A DNA stretch of 58,769 bases, counting the filler, from Bacteriovoracaceae bacterium (GTDB lineage Bacteria; Bdellovibrionota; Bacteriovoracia; Bacteriovoracales; Bacteriovoracaceae), in assembly GCA_018649885.1 (NCBI GenBank). It is 3 parts of 3 records of this genome, joined end to end, with 100 filler letters (N's around TTAATTAATTAA, not from the genome) between each part and the next. Parts side by side here need not be neighbours in the genome. Positions count along the whole stretch, not along the records: positions 26,994 to 40,183 come from JABIHA010000053.1; positions 40,284 to 58,769 come from JABIHA010000089.1; 1 more part is not named here. The stretch is one strand, 5' to 3'. This document shows positions 38,954-48,217 of the stretch, piece by piece. Position 1 is the first letter of the stretch; the number at the start of each line of letters is the position of its first letter. Under the pieces are notes generated by a model. It searched no databases, had not been told where the DNA came from, and saw only the letters and a list, made by a program, of their open reading frames with translations. The position numbers and the translations under genes are program-made.

Positions 38954-39721
38954 TTATAAGGAGATAGTGGAGTTTCTAAAATCGTAACCAGTATCACTAT
39001 TTTTATTTTGCTCCTGAAACCGTTGAGAAGTGGGCAAGCTTGAGCTTGGATTTTCAGGAATTATCACTTCAACAATATATTTACATTCACTGTCATTCCT
39101 TCTCTTTGTTTCTAGATCAATAAAAAAACTATCATTTTCCAAGTGAGTTTCATTACATTTAGAAGTTATAGTAGCTATTTCTAAATTTACTGTGTCGGAT
39201 GAGTGACTGTCATGAGCGACAATAGTTAAATCTCCATATAGATTAGAAATTACTTCTTCACTTACATTTTGTTGAAAATTGAGCTCTATAATATTCTCTA
39301 AATGAGATAAATCAGAATTTTCCTCTAATTTTTCACGTTCGCTCTCATTACATGAATTATACCGATTATTTTTAATAATATCTGAGGTAATATGAACGGA
39401 TGATTTAAAGATCCCTTCAGCGTTATAATGATGCTCAAAAAGTTGTGTTGAAATGACCTCTGACTTAAGGTCCATCCTCTGCTCGGTACACAATGCATGG
39501 CGGGATTTTTCCGAAAGGATTATTTCTATTTCAGGCATTTCCATCGTCACTAAATAGGGATGAAATCCATATTCTTCTTGCATGGCCTCACTAAAATTTG
39601 AAATCCTATTTCCTGAACTATCAATTACTTTAACCACAACTCTAGAGCGACCAATATTTTCTTTTAATCCAATGCGTGGTGGTCCAGCACAGGCCAATAA
39701 TACGAGTATAAGTAATTTCAT
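38954..39721 (-). CDS. Hypothetical lipoprotein
   Basis: MKLLILVLLAC lipobox; SD AGGAGA. Confidence 0.7.
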   Translation of the reverse strand: MKLLILVLLACAGPPRIGLKENIGRSRVVVKVIDSSGNRISNFSEAMQEEYGFHPYLVTMEMPEIEIILSEKSRHALCTEQRMDLKSEVISTQLFEHHYNAEGIFKSSVHITSDIIKNNRYNSCNESEREKLEENSDLSHLENIIELNFQQNVSEEVISNLYGDLTIVAHDSHSSDTVNLEIATITSKCNETHLENDSFFIDLETKRRNDSECKYIVEVIIPENPSSSLPTSQRFQEQNKNSDTGYDFRNSTISL

Positions 39722-39754
39722 TTTCTCTCCTTTTCAATGTTTACTCACAACAAG

Positions 39755-39772
39755 TTGCAAGCACGATACCAA
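39755..39772 (-). promoter_or_regulatory. Sigma54 (-24/-12) promoter
   Basis: Minus strand reads TTGGTAT-CGTGC-TTGCAA, about 35 nt upstream of the lipoprotein start. Confidence 0.6.
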
Positions 39773-39908
39773 AAGAAAGAGTTAAAAATAGGAAGGTTAA
39801 AGATAGAAAACTGTCATTCTTTGGATAGATGTATAAAAATCAGCCGGTTACAATGTTGTGACCGGAGTAAAGAGAGGAAGGCGTGGCAAGGGTAAAAAAC
39901 TTTTTAAA

Positions 39909-39964
39909 CTGAACAGTGCACCGTTAACGGTTAACATGTTAGCGGTTAACAGTGGACTGTTCAG
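39909..39964. repeat. 56-bp imperfect palindrome
   Basis: CTGAACAGTGCACCGTTAACGGTTAACA|TGTTAGCGGTTAACAGTGGACTGTTCAG; 24 of 28 positions are Watson-Crick complementary and there is no spacer. Confidence 0.85.
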
Positions 39965-40183
39965 GGTACGGTTTCAGTTTCGTTTGTATTCCTCACCTTT
40001 TTTCTTAAGATTTACTAGTTCATGGGTATCAAAATATACTTCAAGGGCTAGGTAAAACAAAGCACATCACTACCCCACTCTATTTACTAAAATGCCCCCT
40101 AAAAATTCAGCTATTTGGCTCTTAATTCTTATCATAGTTTTTTGTGGATGAAGGTAAAACTAGCACCACAACTTACCCACGAC

Positions 40184-40283
40184 NNNNNNNNNNNNNNNNN
40201 NNNNNNNNNNNNNNNNNNNNNNNNNNNTTAATTAATTAANNNNNNNNNNNNNNNNNNNNNNNNNNNNNNNNNNNNNNNNNNNN
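40184..40283. other. Artificial contig linker
   Basis: N44-TTAATTAATTAA-N44. Confidence 0.98.
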
Positions 40284-40408
40284 ACTTGCAGAAAGCTTGG
40301 GGTGAGTTTTTGGAAATACCTAGATGACCGGAACTTCGGCCCGCGGAGAACTTCCTTTTCTTGCCCAAACTATACGATCTCTTTAAAAACAGTATATTGG
40401 GCAGTTAC
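40284..40408 (+). mobile_element. IS66-family element, right end with apparently frameshifted transposase C-terminus
   Basis: TCRKLGVSFWKYLDDRNFGP, then in the +1 frame GELPFLAQTIRSL*. End TATTGGGCAGTTAC (reverse complement GTAACTGCCCAATA) resembles the IR at 26754. Confidence 0.78.
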
Positions 40409-40493
40409 GCAAAAGGTGACTAAAAATACGACATCTGGTGTAGATGTTACAAATGACCACATCCGTGGGGCCTATTGAAATATAATTGACTCT

Positions 40494-41519
40494 ATGAAAA
40501 CTAAATCTCTGATATTACTGGTATTATTTGTCTTTTCTACTCATCTCTTTGCATCTGATGAAAATCAGTGCTTACAAGAAAGAGAACAAATAAGCTCCCT
40601 TGAAACTGAAAATGGTGAGCTCAGAAGCGAGAAAGAACAGCTTACAGGTGAGCTGTTTCAGTACCGTGAAGTGGATAGAGTTAATAAAATATGTCTGCCC
40701 AAGTATCAAAAGCTAAATGAACTTCTTAAAGAAAATATTAAAACAACACTAAAAACTATGCCAGCACAAATCGCCTTAAGTATTATATCAGCTGTTCTCA
40801 ATCCTTTTGGTTCGGCCATGTCGGGAGTCGTTGGTATTGCTGAGATTGGTATTGAGCTAGGTAGACTTAGTGGTTCTGCCGCTTTCACTCAGCTTTTAGG
40901 AAGAGGACCTAGTCTTATCACGATGGGGATTGTTTTAGACCGAGTTTCCAGAATGAGAAAATTTATAGAACAATCCTATCGCTATAAACAGTATAGAGAA
41001 TGGATGAAAGATTCTTCAAACCTAACTGACCCTGAAGACTATCGCGCCTATATAGAATTAGACCGAAAGGGTCTGCGTGCTGCTAGAAGAAAGGATAAAA
41101 AAGGGTATAAACTATTTAAAAAGTGGATTAAAGGAAAGCTAATAAGTGAGAACGAGAGCTCTGTGCTTGAGCGTTATCGATTGCTAGAGCAATATGATTC
41201 TAAGAAATTTGAAAAAGAGTTTAAGCTTCTGTTTGAAGCTGAAAGAAGAATTTCTAAGGTTGATGCTGACGGACAGTTTTCTGGCAATGTAGATATTAAG
41301 CTAGATATTGCTAATATAATTTATGAAAATTCTCAATCAGGAAGGCTTTGTGATGGTACGATTACAAACGCTATTCGTTTGATTATTGGTAAGCATTCTA
41401 AACAAATTAAAGTAAAGGATGGCTCTCCATTTCTATCACAAAAACGTAATTCTTCTTATCAATTTCCAATTGTTTTCTACAATGAATCTCTTGGCTTCTT
41501 GTTCACTCTATTAAAATAA
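40494..41519 (+). CDS. Secreted hypothetical protein with an N-terminal coiled coil
   Basis: Signal peptide, coiled coil and a hydrophobic hairpin; TATAAT lies 7 nt before the ATG. Confidence 0.7.
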   Translation: MKTKSLILLVLFVFSTHLFASDENQCLQEREQISSLETENGELRSEKEQLTGELFQYREVDRVNKICLPKYQKLNELLKENIKTTLKTMPAQIALSIISAVLNPFGSAMSGVVGIAEIGIELGRLSGSAAFTQLLGRGPSLITMGIVLDRVSRMRKFIEQSYRYKQYREWMKDSSNLTDPEDYRAYIELDRKGLRAARRKDKKGYKLFKKWIKGKLISENESSVLERYRLLEQYDSKKFEKEFKLLFEAERRISKVDADGQFSGNVDIKLDIANIIYENSQSGRLCDGTITNAIRLIIGKHSKQIKVKDGSPFLSQKRNSSYQFPIVFYNESLGFLFTLLK

Positions 41520-43367
41520 TCATGGTCTCACATGAAAAGAGTAATATGGACCTGTGAATCGCCGAATTTGACTTCCCAGAAGGCCTGAATTTAAGAATCC
41601 GTCATGTTTAATTTGATAACTGCCAGGTGGAAGTCCATCAATTGTCACAGTAAGATCTGTACAGTTAAAACAGCTCAAAAGATCTTTTTTTGTCCAGACA
41701 AGCCAAGTATTTGGTGAGTCTTCTGTTAAGACTAGTTTTTTGACTCTAATATTGCCCCTTAGGGCAGCTGCTAGCTTTGGAGTCGGTCTTGATTGTATTT
41801 TTACTCCATTAATTAGACTTGTAGCAAGTTGGTCAAAAATTTGAAGATAAGAAGATAGAGTGAAGGGGCCGAAGTGTGTGCTGGCTCCCTCATAGTGTTG
41901 TTTTTGATACTCTTCATAGGTGGTAATATAACCACTATAGGCATTAGATAATCCTGCGTTTACTACGTATTTGACTCCTATAGGCGCTAGTTTTGCTTTT
42001 AAAAGCTCTCTAAGTCTTCTTCCTGCCATTGTAGTCATTTCCCCTGGAATTGAGGCCAAGGCCAGCTGTCCAATTCTGATAATTTGAAAGGGCAGGGTGG
42101 TGGGAGTCCACCCATTCTTTCTCACATCATCACCAGTTGAGATAAGAATCGGCTTTGGAAAGTGACATTTTTTGAGCAATTTACTGGGTTTCAATATAGG
42201 AGAGAGAAGTCTAATGAGTCCCTTTAGGGGAAAGGGAAGCTTTGATGCAAGCTCAGCTGTTATGCCCTCATAAAAGCCTGGAACTTCAGACGGCCCATCT
42301 TCGGAGCCAGCAACAAAACTATGACCAAGTGCTGGAGAACAAAGGGACTGGTCTCCTCTGCTCGTATATTGATTTTTTACTACAAGGCTTGGCATTTTTA
42401 TCCATGTATGGATCGAGCTAATTTCATTAGTTAACTCTGTAATTGCACTATCGTGTAGTTCAATCGCTTTTTTATATTGTCTCTTACCAATCTCTTGGAC
42501 CCTTTCAAGTTCAGAAAAAACTCTTTTCTGGTGAGCAGTGAAAATGTCAGAGGAGATATCGCCCTCATCACTATTGGCAAAAGCTGCTATAAATGAGGGA
42601 TGATTTCTATCTTTCATTTTCTGTTCAAAAAGTGCGCTTGCTACGCCTTTATTGTCGCCACTAATAAGTTTGTTATGTTTTCCAAGAGTTGTTGGATGTA
42701 CTGAAAACCAATTAAGGGAGCCCAGTGGCCTTTTTTTCAGATCTTCGAAACGAAGTAAACTCATGATGTTGTTATAATTTCGTGGAAAAGACTTCCAGTC
42801 GGGGTTATTTTGGTAGGGTACAAGAGACTGGTTAAAGCTAACTCCATCTAGAAGACCTTGTTTAAATAAAACCTTTGCTGGAACCATTTTTTTGTAAGAA
42901 CTGATAATGGCATTGGTAATTTGATTTACAAGATAATGTAAGTATTCAGGTGAATAACCTCCTGCCGCCAGTTTATAGAGCTTAAAATGAAAAAATCCTC
43001 CAAGGGCAGAATGAGTATGGGTTGCTGTTAACAGTACATTTTTGTGATCAAATATTCCCGCAGCCCTTTTTTGTAAGCTCTTTACCACTTCGATTTTAAG
43101 GATCTGGGATACCATTCCTAAGTCTAAATTAACGATCGATACAATATTTTGTCCGTTTTTTAGAGTGAATGCTTTTGCGTAAACTCGGCCATGAATACCT
43201 TGTCCTTTTTGAGAGCTTTGACCAAATCCTAAAAATCTATTTTGGTAAAATGGGCCTGTAATATCGCTCTTTGCTATGCCCACTTGAATCTGAGCACTAG
43301 CACTGATAGGGACAGACAGGATGAGAAGCAGCACTAAGGATTCTAAGAATTTTGATCGAAAATTCAC
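41520..43367 (-). CDS. Neutral/alkaline ceramidase family protein
   Basis: 'DITGP', 'ATHTHS', 'WFSVHPT', 'LISGDNKG', 'EGD', 'PGEMTTMAGRRL' and 'QHYEGAST'. Confidence 0.9.
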   Translation of the reverse strand: MNFRSKFLESLVLLLILSVPISASAQIQVGIAKSDITGPFYQNRFLGFGQSSQKGQGIHGRVYAKAFTLKNGQNIVSIVNLDLGMVSQILKIEVVKSLQKRAAGIFDHKNVLLTATHTHSALGGFFHFKLYKLAAGGYSPEYLHYLVNQITNAIISSYKKMVPAKVLFKQGLLDGVSFNQSLVPYQNNPDWKSFPRNYNNIMSLLRFEDLKKRPLGSLNWFSVHPTTLGKHNKLISGDNKGVASALFEQKMKDRNHPSFIAAFANSDEGDISSDIFTAHQKRVFSELERVQEIGKRQYKKAIELHDSAITELTNEISSIHTWIKMPSLVVKNQYTSRGDQSLCSPALGHSFVAGSEDGPSEVPGFYEGITAELASKLPFPLKGLIRLLSPILKPSKLLKKCHFPKPILISTGDDVRKNGWTPTTLPFQIIRIGQLALASIPGEMTTMAGRRLRELLKAKLAPIGVKYVVNAGLSNAYSGYITTYEEYQKQHYEGASTHFGPFTLSSYLQIFDQLATSLINGVKIQSRPTPKLAAALRGNIRVKKLVLTEDSPNTWLVWTKKDLLSCFNCTDLTVTIDGLPPGSYQIKHDGFLNSGLLGSQIRRFTGPYYSFHVRP

Positions 43368-43533
43368 TGTGTTGACTCCAACTATAAAGAATAGACTTTG
43401 TGGTACTTTATAATATTACGATAAGTGTTTAATTCACCGAAATTTAGTGAAACATTGTAAAAATAGTGTTGAAAATGTTCGAATTTGTAGACAGTGGAGC
43501 AATTCAACAGCTGAATTGCTCCTACTGGTAAAA

Positions 43534-44874
43534 TTATCTAATTATTAAATCATCACAAAATAGATCAGATGCAGACCGTGTAGCACCTTCGATTAAAGGA
43601 GTACGCACATAGTCTCCAATCAGTCTAAGTCCACTAATCTTAAAGCTTTCTTCTTGAACTACCCTTATTTTTCTAAACATACCTGTTTGGAATGTGGGAA
43701 CTGCTGTAGGTCTTCTCACAATGGAAACATCTTTAACCATATCTGCCATATTGGGGATATAGATTTTCATATCTTCAAGGCAAATATCAATAAGTATTTT
43801 ATCATCAGCATCCATTAGCTCTCCTGCAGTAGGATTGACAAAAGAAACCATGATAACACTTTTTTGATTGGGAAATGCCTCCGGGCATCTTTTGAGGCAA
43901 TCAATTGCAAAAGCAGCTCGGTGACCATCGTGTCTTGAAAGAGTATAAACCCATCCGTCACCTTCAAGTTTTCTATCAAGCTCAAAATTGACCATAATTG
44001 TTGCTGTGTATTTTATTTCTTCAAGGCCACTTGCAAGAGCAGGCCTTGATTTTTTAAAGAATTTGTGTGCCGCTGGTGGTGGAGCTGCGCAAACAACATG
44101 ACTTGTTGTAATAGTCTCTTCAACTCCATTTCTCATGACTGTTACAGAGGTCACTTGGTCATTTTCAATATTTATATCGGTGGCCTCCGCTACTATTGTT
44201 TTAACTTTTGAGGCCAATGCTTTTGGAAGCGAGTCATTACCTTTTGTCAGTGCCATGGTCTTCGCTATTGCTCCTAGCTTTACAATTCTTAAAAGCATGG
44301 AAAGTGAATGTCCTTCTGGCTCAGCAAATGAGTAAGATGTGACCATAGGTCTTATGGCAAGCTCCATGACACCTTTACTGACACGATCCCCAAAATATTT
44401 TGCCACGTCAATTTGATCATTAGGATCATCAGCTCTATAGTTGAAGATATCATTGGTCAGAAGAGGCCAGACTTTATTGGCCATTGCTTTCCAGAGACTT
44501 ATGTTGTCTTTTGCTGAAAGAAGACCAAGCCATGGTTTAGTTTTACTAAAGGGCGCTATCTTTCCTTCAAAACACATATAACCAATGACATTGGCATTTA
44601 CCATGTGATGCTCAAGTTCCATCTCATTAAGCAGTCCTTTAATATTTTTATAAGCACTGTAATAAAATTGCTGACCTGACTCAAAGACTGCCCCGTGGTT
44701 GTGCTCAGACTGCATTCGCCCACCAAAGTGTTCAGTTTTCTCAATTAACAGAACAGGAATTCCTCTTTTGTGGAACTGATAGGCAGCTGTTGATCCAGCA
44801 ATCCCTGAGCCTATTACGACTACAGGTTTCGATTCAGTAACTCCGGTTGTGTCAAAGTGCTTTATTGTGCTCAT
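43534..44874 (-). CDS. FAD-dependent oxidoreductase (amine oxidase/protoporphyrinogen oxidase-like)
   Basis: GxGxxG 'VIGSGIAG', 'GGR' and C-terminal 'IGDY...IEGATRS'. Confidence 0.85.
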   Translation of the reverse strand: MSTIKHFDTTGVTESKPVVVIGSGIAGSTAAYQFHKRGIPVLLIEKTEHFGGRMQSEHNHGAVFESGQQFYYSAYKNIKGLLNEMELEHHMVNANVIGYMCFEGKIAPFSKTKPWLGLLSAKDNISLWKAMANKVWPLLTNDIFNYRADDPNDQIDVAKYFGDRVSKGVMELAIRPMVTSYSFAEPEGHSLSMLLRIVKLGAIAKTMALTKGNDSLPKALASKVKTIVAEATDINIENDQVTSVTVMRNGVEETITTSHVVCAAPPPAAHKFFKKSRPALASGLEEIKYTATIMVNFELDRKLEGDGWVYTLSRHDGHRAAFAIDCLKRCPEAFPNQKSVIMVSFVNPTAGELMDADDKILIDICLEDMKIYIPNMADMVKDVSIVRRPTAVPTFQTGMFRKIRVVQEESFKISGLRLIGDYVRTPLIEGATRSASDLFCDDLIIR

Positions 44875-44898
44875 TTTTAAACTCCTGATGATTGAGTG

Positions 44899-46635
44899 TT
44901 ATTCAATCTCGTATTCTGGAACCAGTCTTCCATCTTTTGTTGGTATCATATTTCTAGTAACAATTTTTCCGTCTTTATCAAGGTGCCAGGCCTTCATACT
45001 TGCCACACCATCTACAAATTCAACCATCCACACAAGTTGTTCATAGAGACCTGAAGAGCCTGTATTGACATATTTTGTAACTGTACTTCCATCATCAGCG
45101 ATGGCATTGAGCCTTGGCTCATGAGTGTGGCCTAGTACAAGTGTTGGCATCTCTTTATTGTAATGAATTAAATCAGTAACTCTTTTCTCATCCATATGCC
45201 TCCACTTAACGGGGACATTTTTTTCCCTGATAAAACTAGGGGCCTTAGATATATGATTATCAAATCCAATTCTTTTATTCATTCTCTTGTGCCAGCCCAT
45301 TGGAGCTACTGTGTCTCTTGGCCATACTCGGTCTGCCCCTGTTCCCATCCAAGCAAGTGAGCCTGTGAGGTTATCACAAATTAACTCTTGAGCTTTCGGA
45401 GCACAGTAGGGGTCAAATTGATGACCGTGGGCCATGATTACTTTTGCTGGTGCTTTTGGATTATCCAATTGATCCTCATCAACGAGGACAAGGTATTCAT
45501 AGGTTTTGATTTTGCCGTTGTAGATGACTTGCAGTATTTCTTGTAAATAGGGCTCTTTTAAGATTTCATCGTGATTTCCAATGAGTTTTATAAAACGGCC
45601 TTCATTAAAAAATTGTCTACCGATGGCCTCGTACATCTCTCTATAATTGAGAGCGATTCCCTGCAATTTATCTCTTCTTTCATCTCTTTCAAATTTTGCA
45701 TCAAAGTAATTTCCAAAAGGGCCAAGAAAAGTATCAAAGACTTGATCAATAAGCCCAATATGATACGACGGTGGTTTTACAAGGAGGTCTTCAATATCAC
45801 CTGCTTCGACTAGGGTGTAACCCTCTTTGTAGTAATGAGCTAAGGCCTTCAAATATATATCATGATTGCTTTTTGCCTGTTTTGCTCGTCCCCAATTCTT
45901 AAAATGGTCATGTTTTGCGCCATAGTTGAGAATGTGTAGATCCGATACAACGACATATTTATTTTTTATTGAAGCTCTGTGAACAAGAGCGTGTTTTGGT
46001 TTTTTGCCTTCAGATAGCTTTTTTAAATCATCAAGCCCTTTATCGTCAGGTCGAAATAAGTGAGAAAGACCTGCTAGTGTGGCACTATAAACTAGATCAT
46101 CAATATGAGTGACAACCCAAAAGGTTTTTCTGACTATAGACACATCAGACTCTTCTTCAAAAACTGACATTTTAAAGTTATTTATTTGTAAGAAGATAAT
46201 GGCATAAGCGAGTATAATCACAGTAGAAGCAACGCAAACGGCCTTCTTACCAAACTCTGCAGGAAAGGAGGGATTCCATTTGCTCAATCTTTTTATAAGT
46301 ATTCGTTGATGAATAGTTATACCCATAATTAAGTTGGCAACACCTACCATTAATAGTGTGAAGTAAACTGTATGATTCGCGTAATTTATGATTGAATTAT
46401 TGGTTATAAATGCATAGGGAACAGCAATTACCAATGTTATTAAAAAGAGCACCAAGGGAGAAAAGAAAATGAGTACTAGATAAGCCGACCCGGCTATAAC
46501 TAAGAATTTAAAAATACCTGGGTTTTTTGGACCGCCATCTCCTTTTTCAAAGAAGAATGGCACTGCTAGTGTATAGCCTGCCGATATTAAAATGATGACG
46601 ATATACGCCCATGAGAACCAGTTGTCTAAAATCAT
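44899..46635 (-). CDS. Membrane-anchored calcineurin-like metallophosphoesterase
   Basis: N-terminal TMs; 'SDLH', 'GDIED', 'GNHD', 'HGH' and 'GHTH'. Confidence 0.85.
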   Translation of the reverse strand: MILDNWFSWAYIVIILISAGYTLAVPFFFEKGDGGPKNPGIFKFLVIAGSAYLVLIFFSPLVLFLITLVIAVPYAFITNNSIINYANHTVYFTLLMVGVANLIMGITIHQRILIKRLSKWNPSFPAEFGKKAVCVASTVIILAYAIIFLQINNFKMSVFEEESDVSIVRKTFWVVTHIDDLVYSATLAGLSHLFRPDDKGLDDLKKLSEGKKPKHALVHRASIKNKYVVVSDLHILNYGAKHDHFKNWGRAKQAKSNHDIYLKALAHYYKEGYTLVEAGDIEDLLVKPPSYHIGLIDQVFDTFLGPFGNYFDAKFERDERRDKLQGIALNYREMYEAIGRQFFNEGRFIKLIGNHDEILKEPYLQEILQVIYNGKIKTYEYLVLVDEDQLDNPKAPAKVIMAHGHQFDPYCAPKAQELICDNLTGSLAWMGTGADRVWPRDTVAPMGWHKRMNKRIGFDNHISKAPSFIREKNVPVKWRHMDEKRVTDLIHYNKEMPTLVLGHTHEPRLNAIADDGSTVTKYVNTGSSGLYEQLVWMVEFVDGVASMKAWHLDKDGKIVTRNMIPTKDGRLVPEYEIE

Positions 46636-47146
46636 GTCTATCCCAATTGCCTGTAAACTATTGTTATTCTATTAAATCCTTTTTTCCTGCTAGAATCTAC
46701 TTGATCTAAGTCACATAATACTGAGGCTTAGAAATTCTCAATTCGACTCAAAAACGATGAATGCAAGGGTGACAAAGAATTTGATGATTTTTTTTTAAGA
46801 AGACCAATAGGAATGGAGTTTCAAAATAATTGAATGTAATCCCACCCAGAATGGAAAATACGTACTAAGTTTACAAGTTTTCACTCCCACAAAAAGGAAA
46901 ACCTTTTAGTCCGTTTTTATCCTTCCTAAAAATTCTTTATTTCATTTGCACACGATCCGTCTAATACCTAATAACTACCTCAAATAGAAAAATTGTGTAG
47001 ATTAATTAGTGTTTCCAGTAATTATTTCTTGATCGTGTAATTTGAAATTGACAAACATGATATAGATCAATTTTTGGCCAGCTTTTTCTCAGGAAAGCTG
47101 TAAATTAGTGGAAACTCTAGGACAGTCCCAGAGTTTCCTGATTTTT

Positions 47147-48190
47147 TTATTTACAACTTTTTCTGAATTTTTTGGCCATGGCAGAAAGCTGTGATGAACT
47201 ACTGAGGGATTTGAAGAAATCACCAATAGATTTTTTAATATTTGTTTTGATACGAGATGAAACATATAGGTCTTTGTCGATGATACTTGCAAGTTGTGCC
47301 CTCTTCCCCGCAAACTTTGAGACCATTGCTTTTAAACTTGATGATGATAGACCACAAAATCCTACTGCATTGTCATAGTCGTATTCAACAACGCCCTCTT
47401 TTCTCACCATATCTGCCCAATCAAAGTCATAGGCAACTGGAATATAGCTCATTGAAGGAGTTTGAAAAAGCTTTGTATTTCTCAAGTCATCTTTTGAAAT
47501 CTCAACATCTTGATTTCCAATCATGTAATTGAATAGAAACATGGTGTTCATTGTTGTTAGGTTAACTTCTTTTTTTGAAAATTCGTACTCGTCTACATAA
47601 GTAAGACCTTTTCTCTTTGCGAAGTTTTTTGGACTTTCAATAAAAAAGCCAAAATGTTTTTGAAAGGGAGCTTTGTCTATTTTATCAAAATCTAGTTCAC
47701 GGCGATCAACATATTCTACATTAACAGGTCTTGTTTCCAGACTTAAATCAGTAAGGGCATTATAAAGCTTGTAAATAAGAAGCTCAGTTTTTACCCAATC
47801 TCTTTTTTCCCCATCGTTGCACTTTACAACAAGTTTTAGAGACTTACTTCCTTCAAAAACTGTTCCGGTTGCGTCATGTTCTTTTGAGCGTTTTATCTTT
47901 AGTGGAGAGTATTTGCATGTTTCTAGTCTATCCCATCCTCTTACTCTTGTTTGGCCAATCAAATTGAAAACTTTTCCATTGTAGGAGTGAACAAGTGAGG
48001 CCATTGTGTATTTTCTAAAAAATGGATCTTCTATTTTTTTGCCGGCCCTGACTTTGTCCCAGTCAGTGACTAGAGTCAATTGGAGAGGCTCATTTGTCTT
48101 AAAAAGGTTGATCACCCCAGTTGCGGCAACCGCTCCAGTTGTGAACAGGGTGGATAGTAGTAAGCTTGTTAATATTTTCTTTGTAAACAC
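47147..48190 (-). CDS. Secreted protein, CotH/atypical-kinase-like
   Basis: Signal peptide; 'RVRG', 'E.LIYKLY', 'YMIGNQD...RN' and 'PVAYDFD'. Confidence 0.55.
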   Translation of the reverse strand: MFTKKILTSLLLSTLFTTGAVAATGVINLFKTNEPLQLTLVTDWDKVRAGKKIEDPFFRKYTMASLVHSYNGKVFNLIGQTRVRGWDRLETCKYSPLKIKRSKEHDATGTVFEGSKSLKLVVKCNDGEKRDWVKTELLIYKLYNALTDLSLETRPVNVEYVDRRELDFDKIDKAPFQKHFGFFIESPKNFAKRKGLTYVDEYEFSKKEVNLTTMNTMFLFNYMIGNQDVEISKDDLRNTKLFQTPSMSYIPVAYDFDWADMVRKEGVVEYDYDNAVGFCGLSSSSLKAMVSKFAGKRAQLASIIDKDLYVSSRIKTNIKKSIGDFFKSLSSSSQLSAMAKKFRKSCK

Positions 48191-48217
48191 TTCTCTCTCC
48201 TAAAGGAACAACATTTT

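Larger units (their letters stand above)
36998..40183 (+). repeat. Dispersed ~55-bp direct repeat, five copies
   Basis: Copies at ~36998-37040 (partial), 38633-38688, 38721-38775, 40045-40100 and 40146-40183 (cut by the contig end). Approximate consensus GGATGAAGGTAAAACTAGCACTACAACTYMCCYACT..AAGCTAAAATGCCCCC. Confidence 0.8.

Noticed and set aside
39858..40055. 65-aa ORF
   Set aside because: It runs through the 56-bp palindrome and into a repeat copy; no protein-like features.
36998..40183. CRISPR array or integron attC sites
   Set aside because: The repeats are degenerate, irregularly spaced (from tens of bases to more than 1 kb) and lack RYYYAAC/GTTRRRY palindromic ends.
26754..40408. Composite transposon of two IS66 ends around the T4SS contig
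   Set aside because: The adjacency is created by artificial linkers, and the two IS ends differ in sequence.
46701..47070. Near-FNR/CRP boxes (TTGATCTAAGTCAC, ATGATATAGATCAA)
   Set aside because: Imperfect matches in AT-rich DNA that could easily arise by chance.
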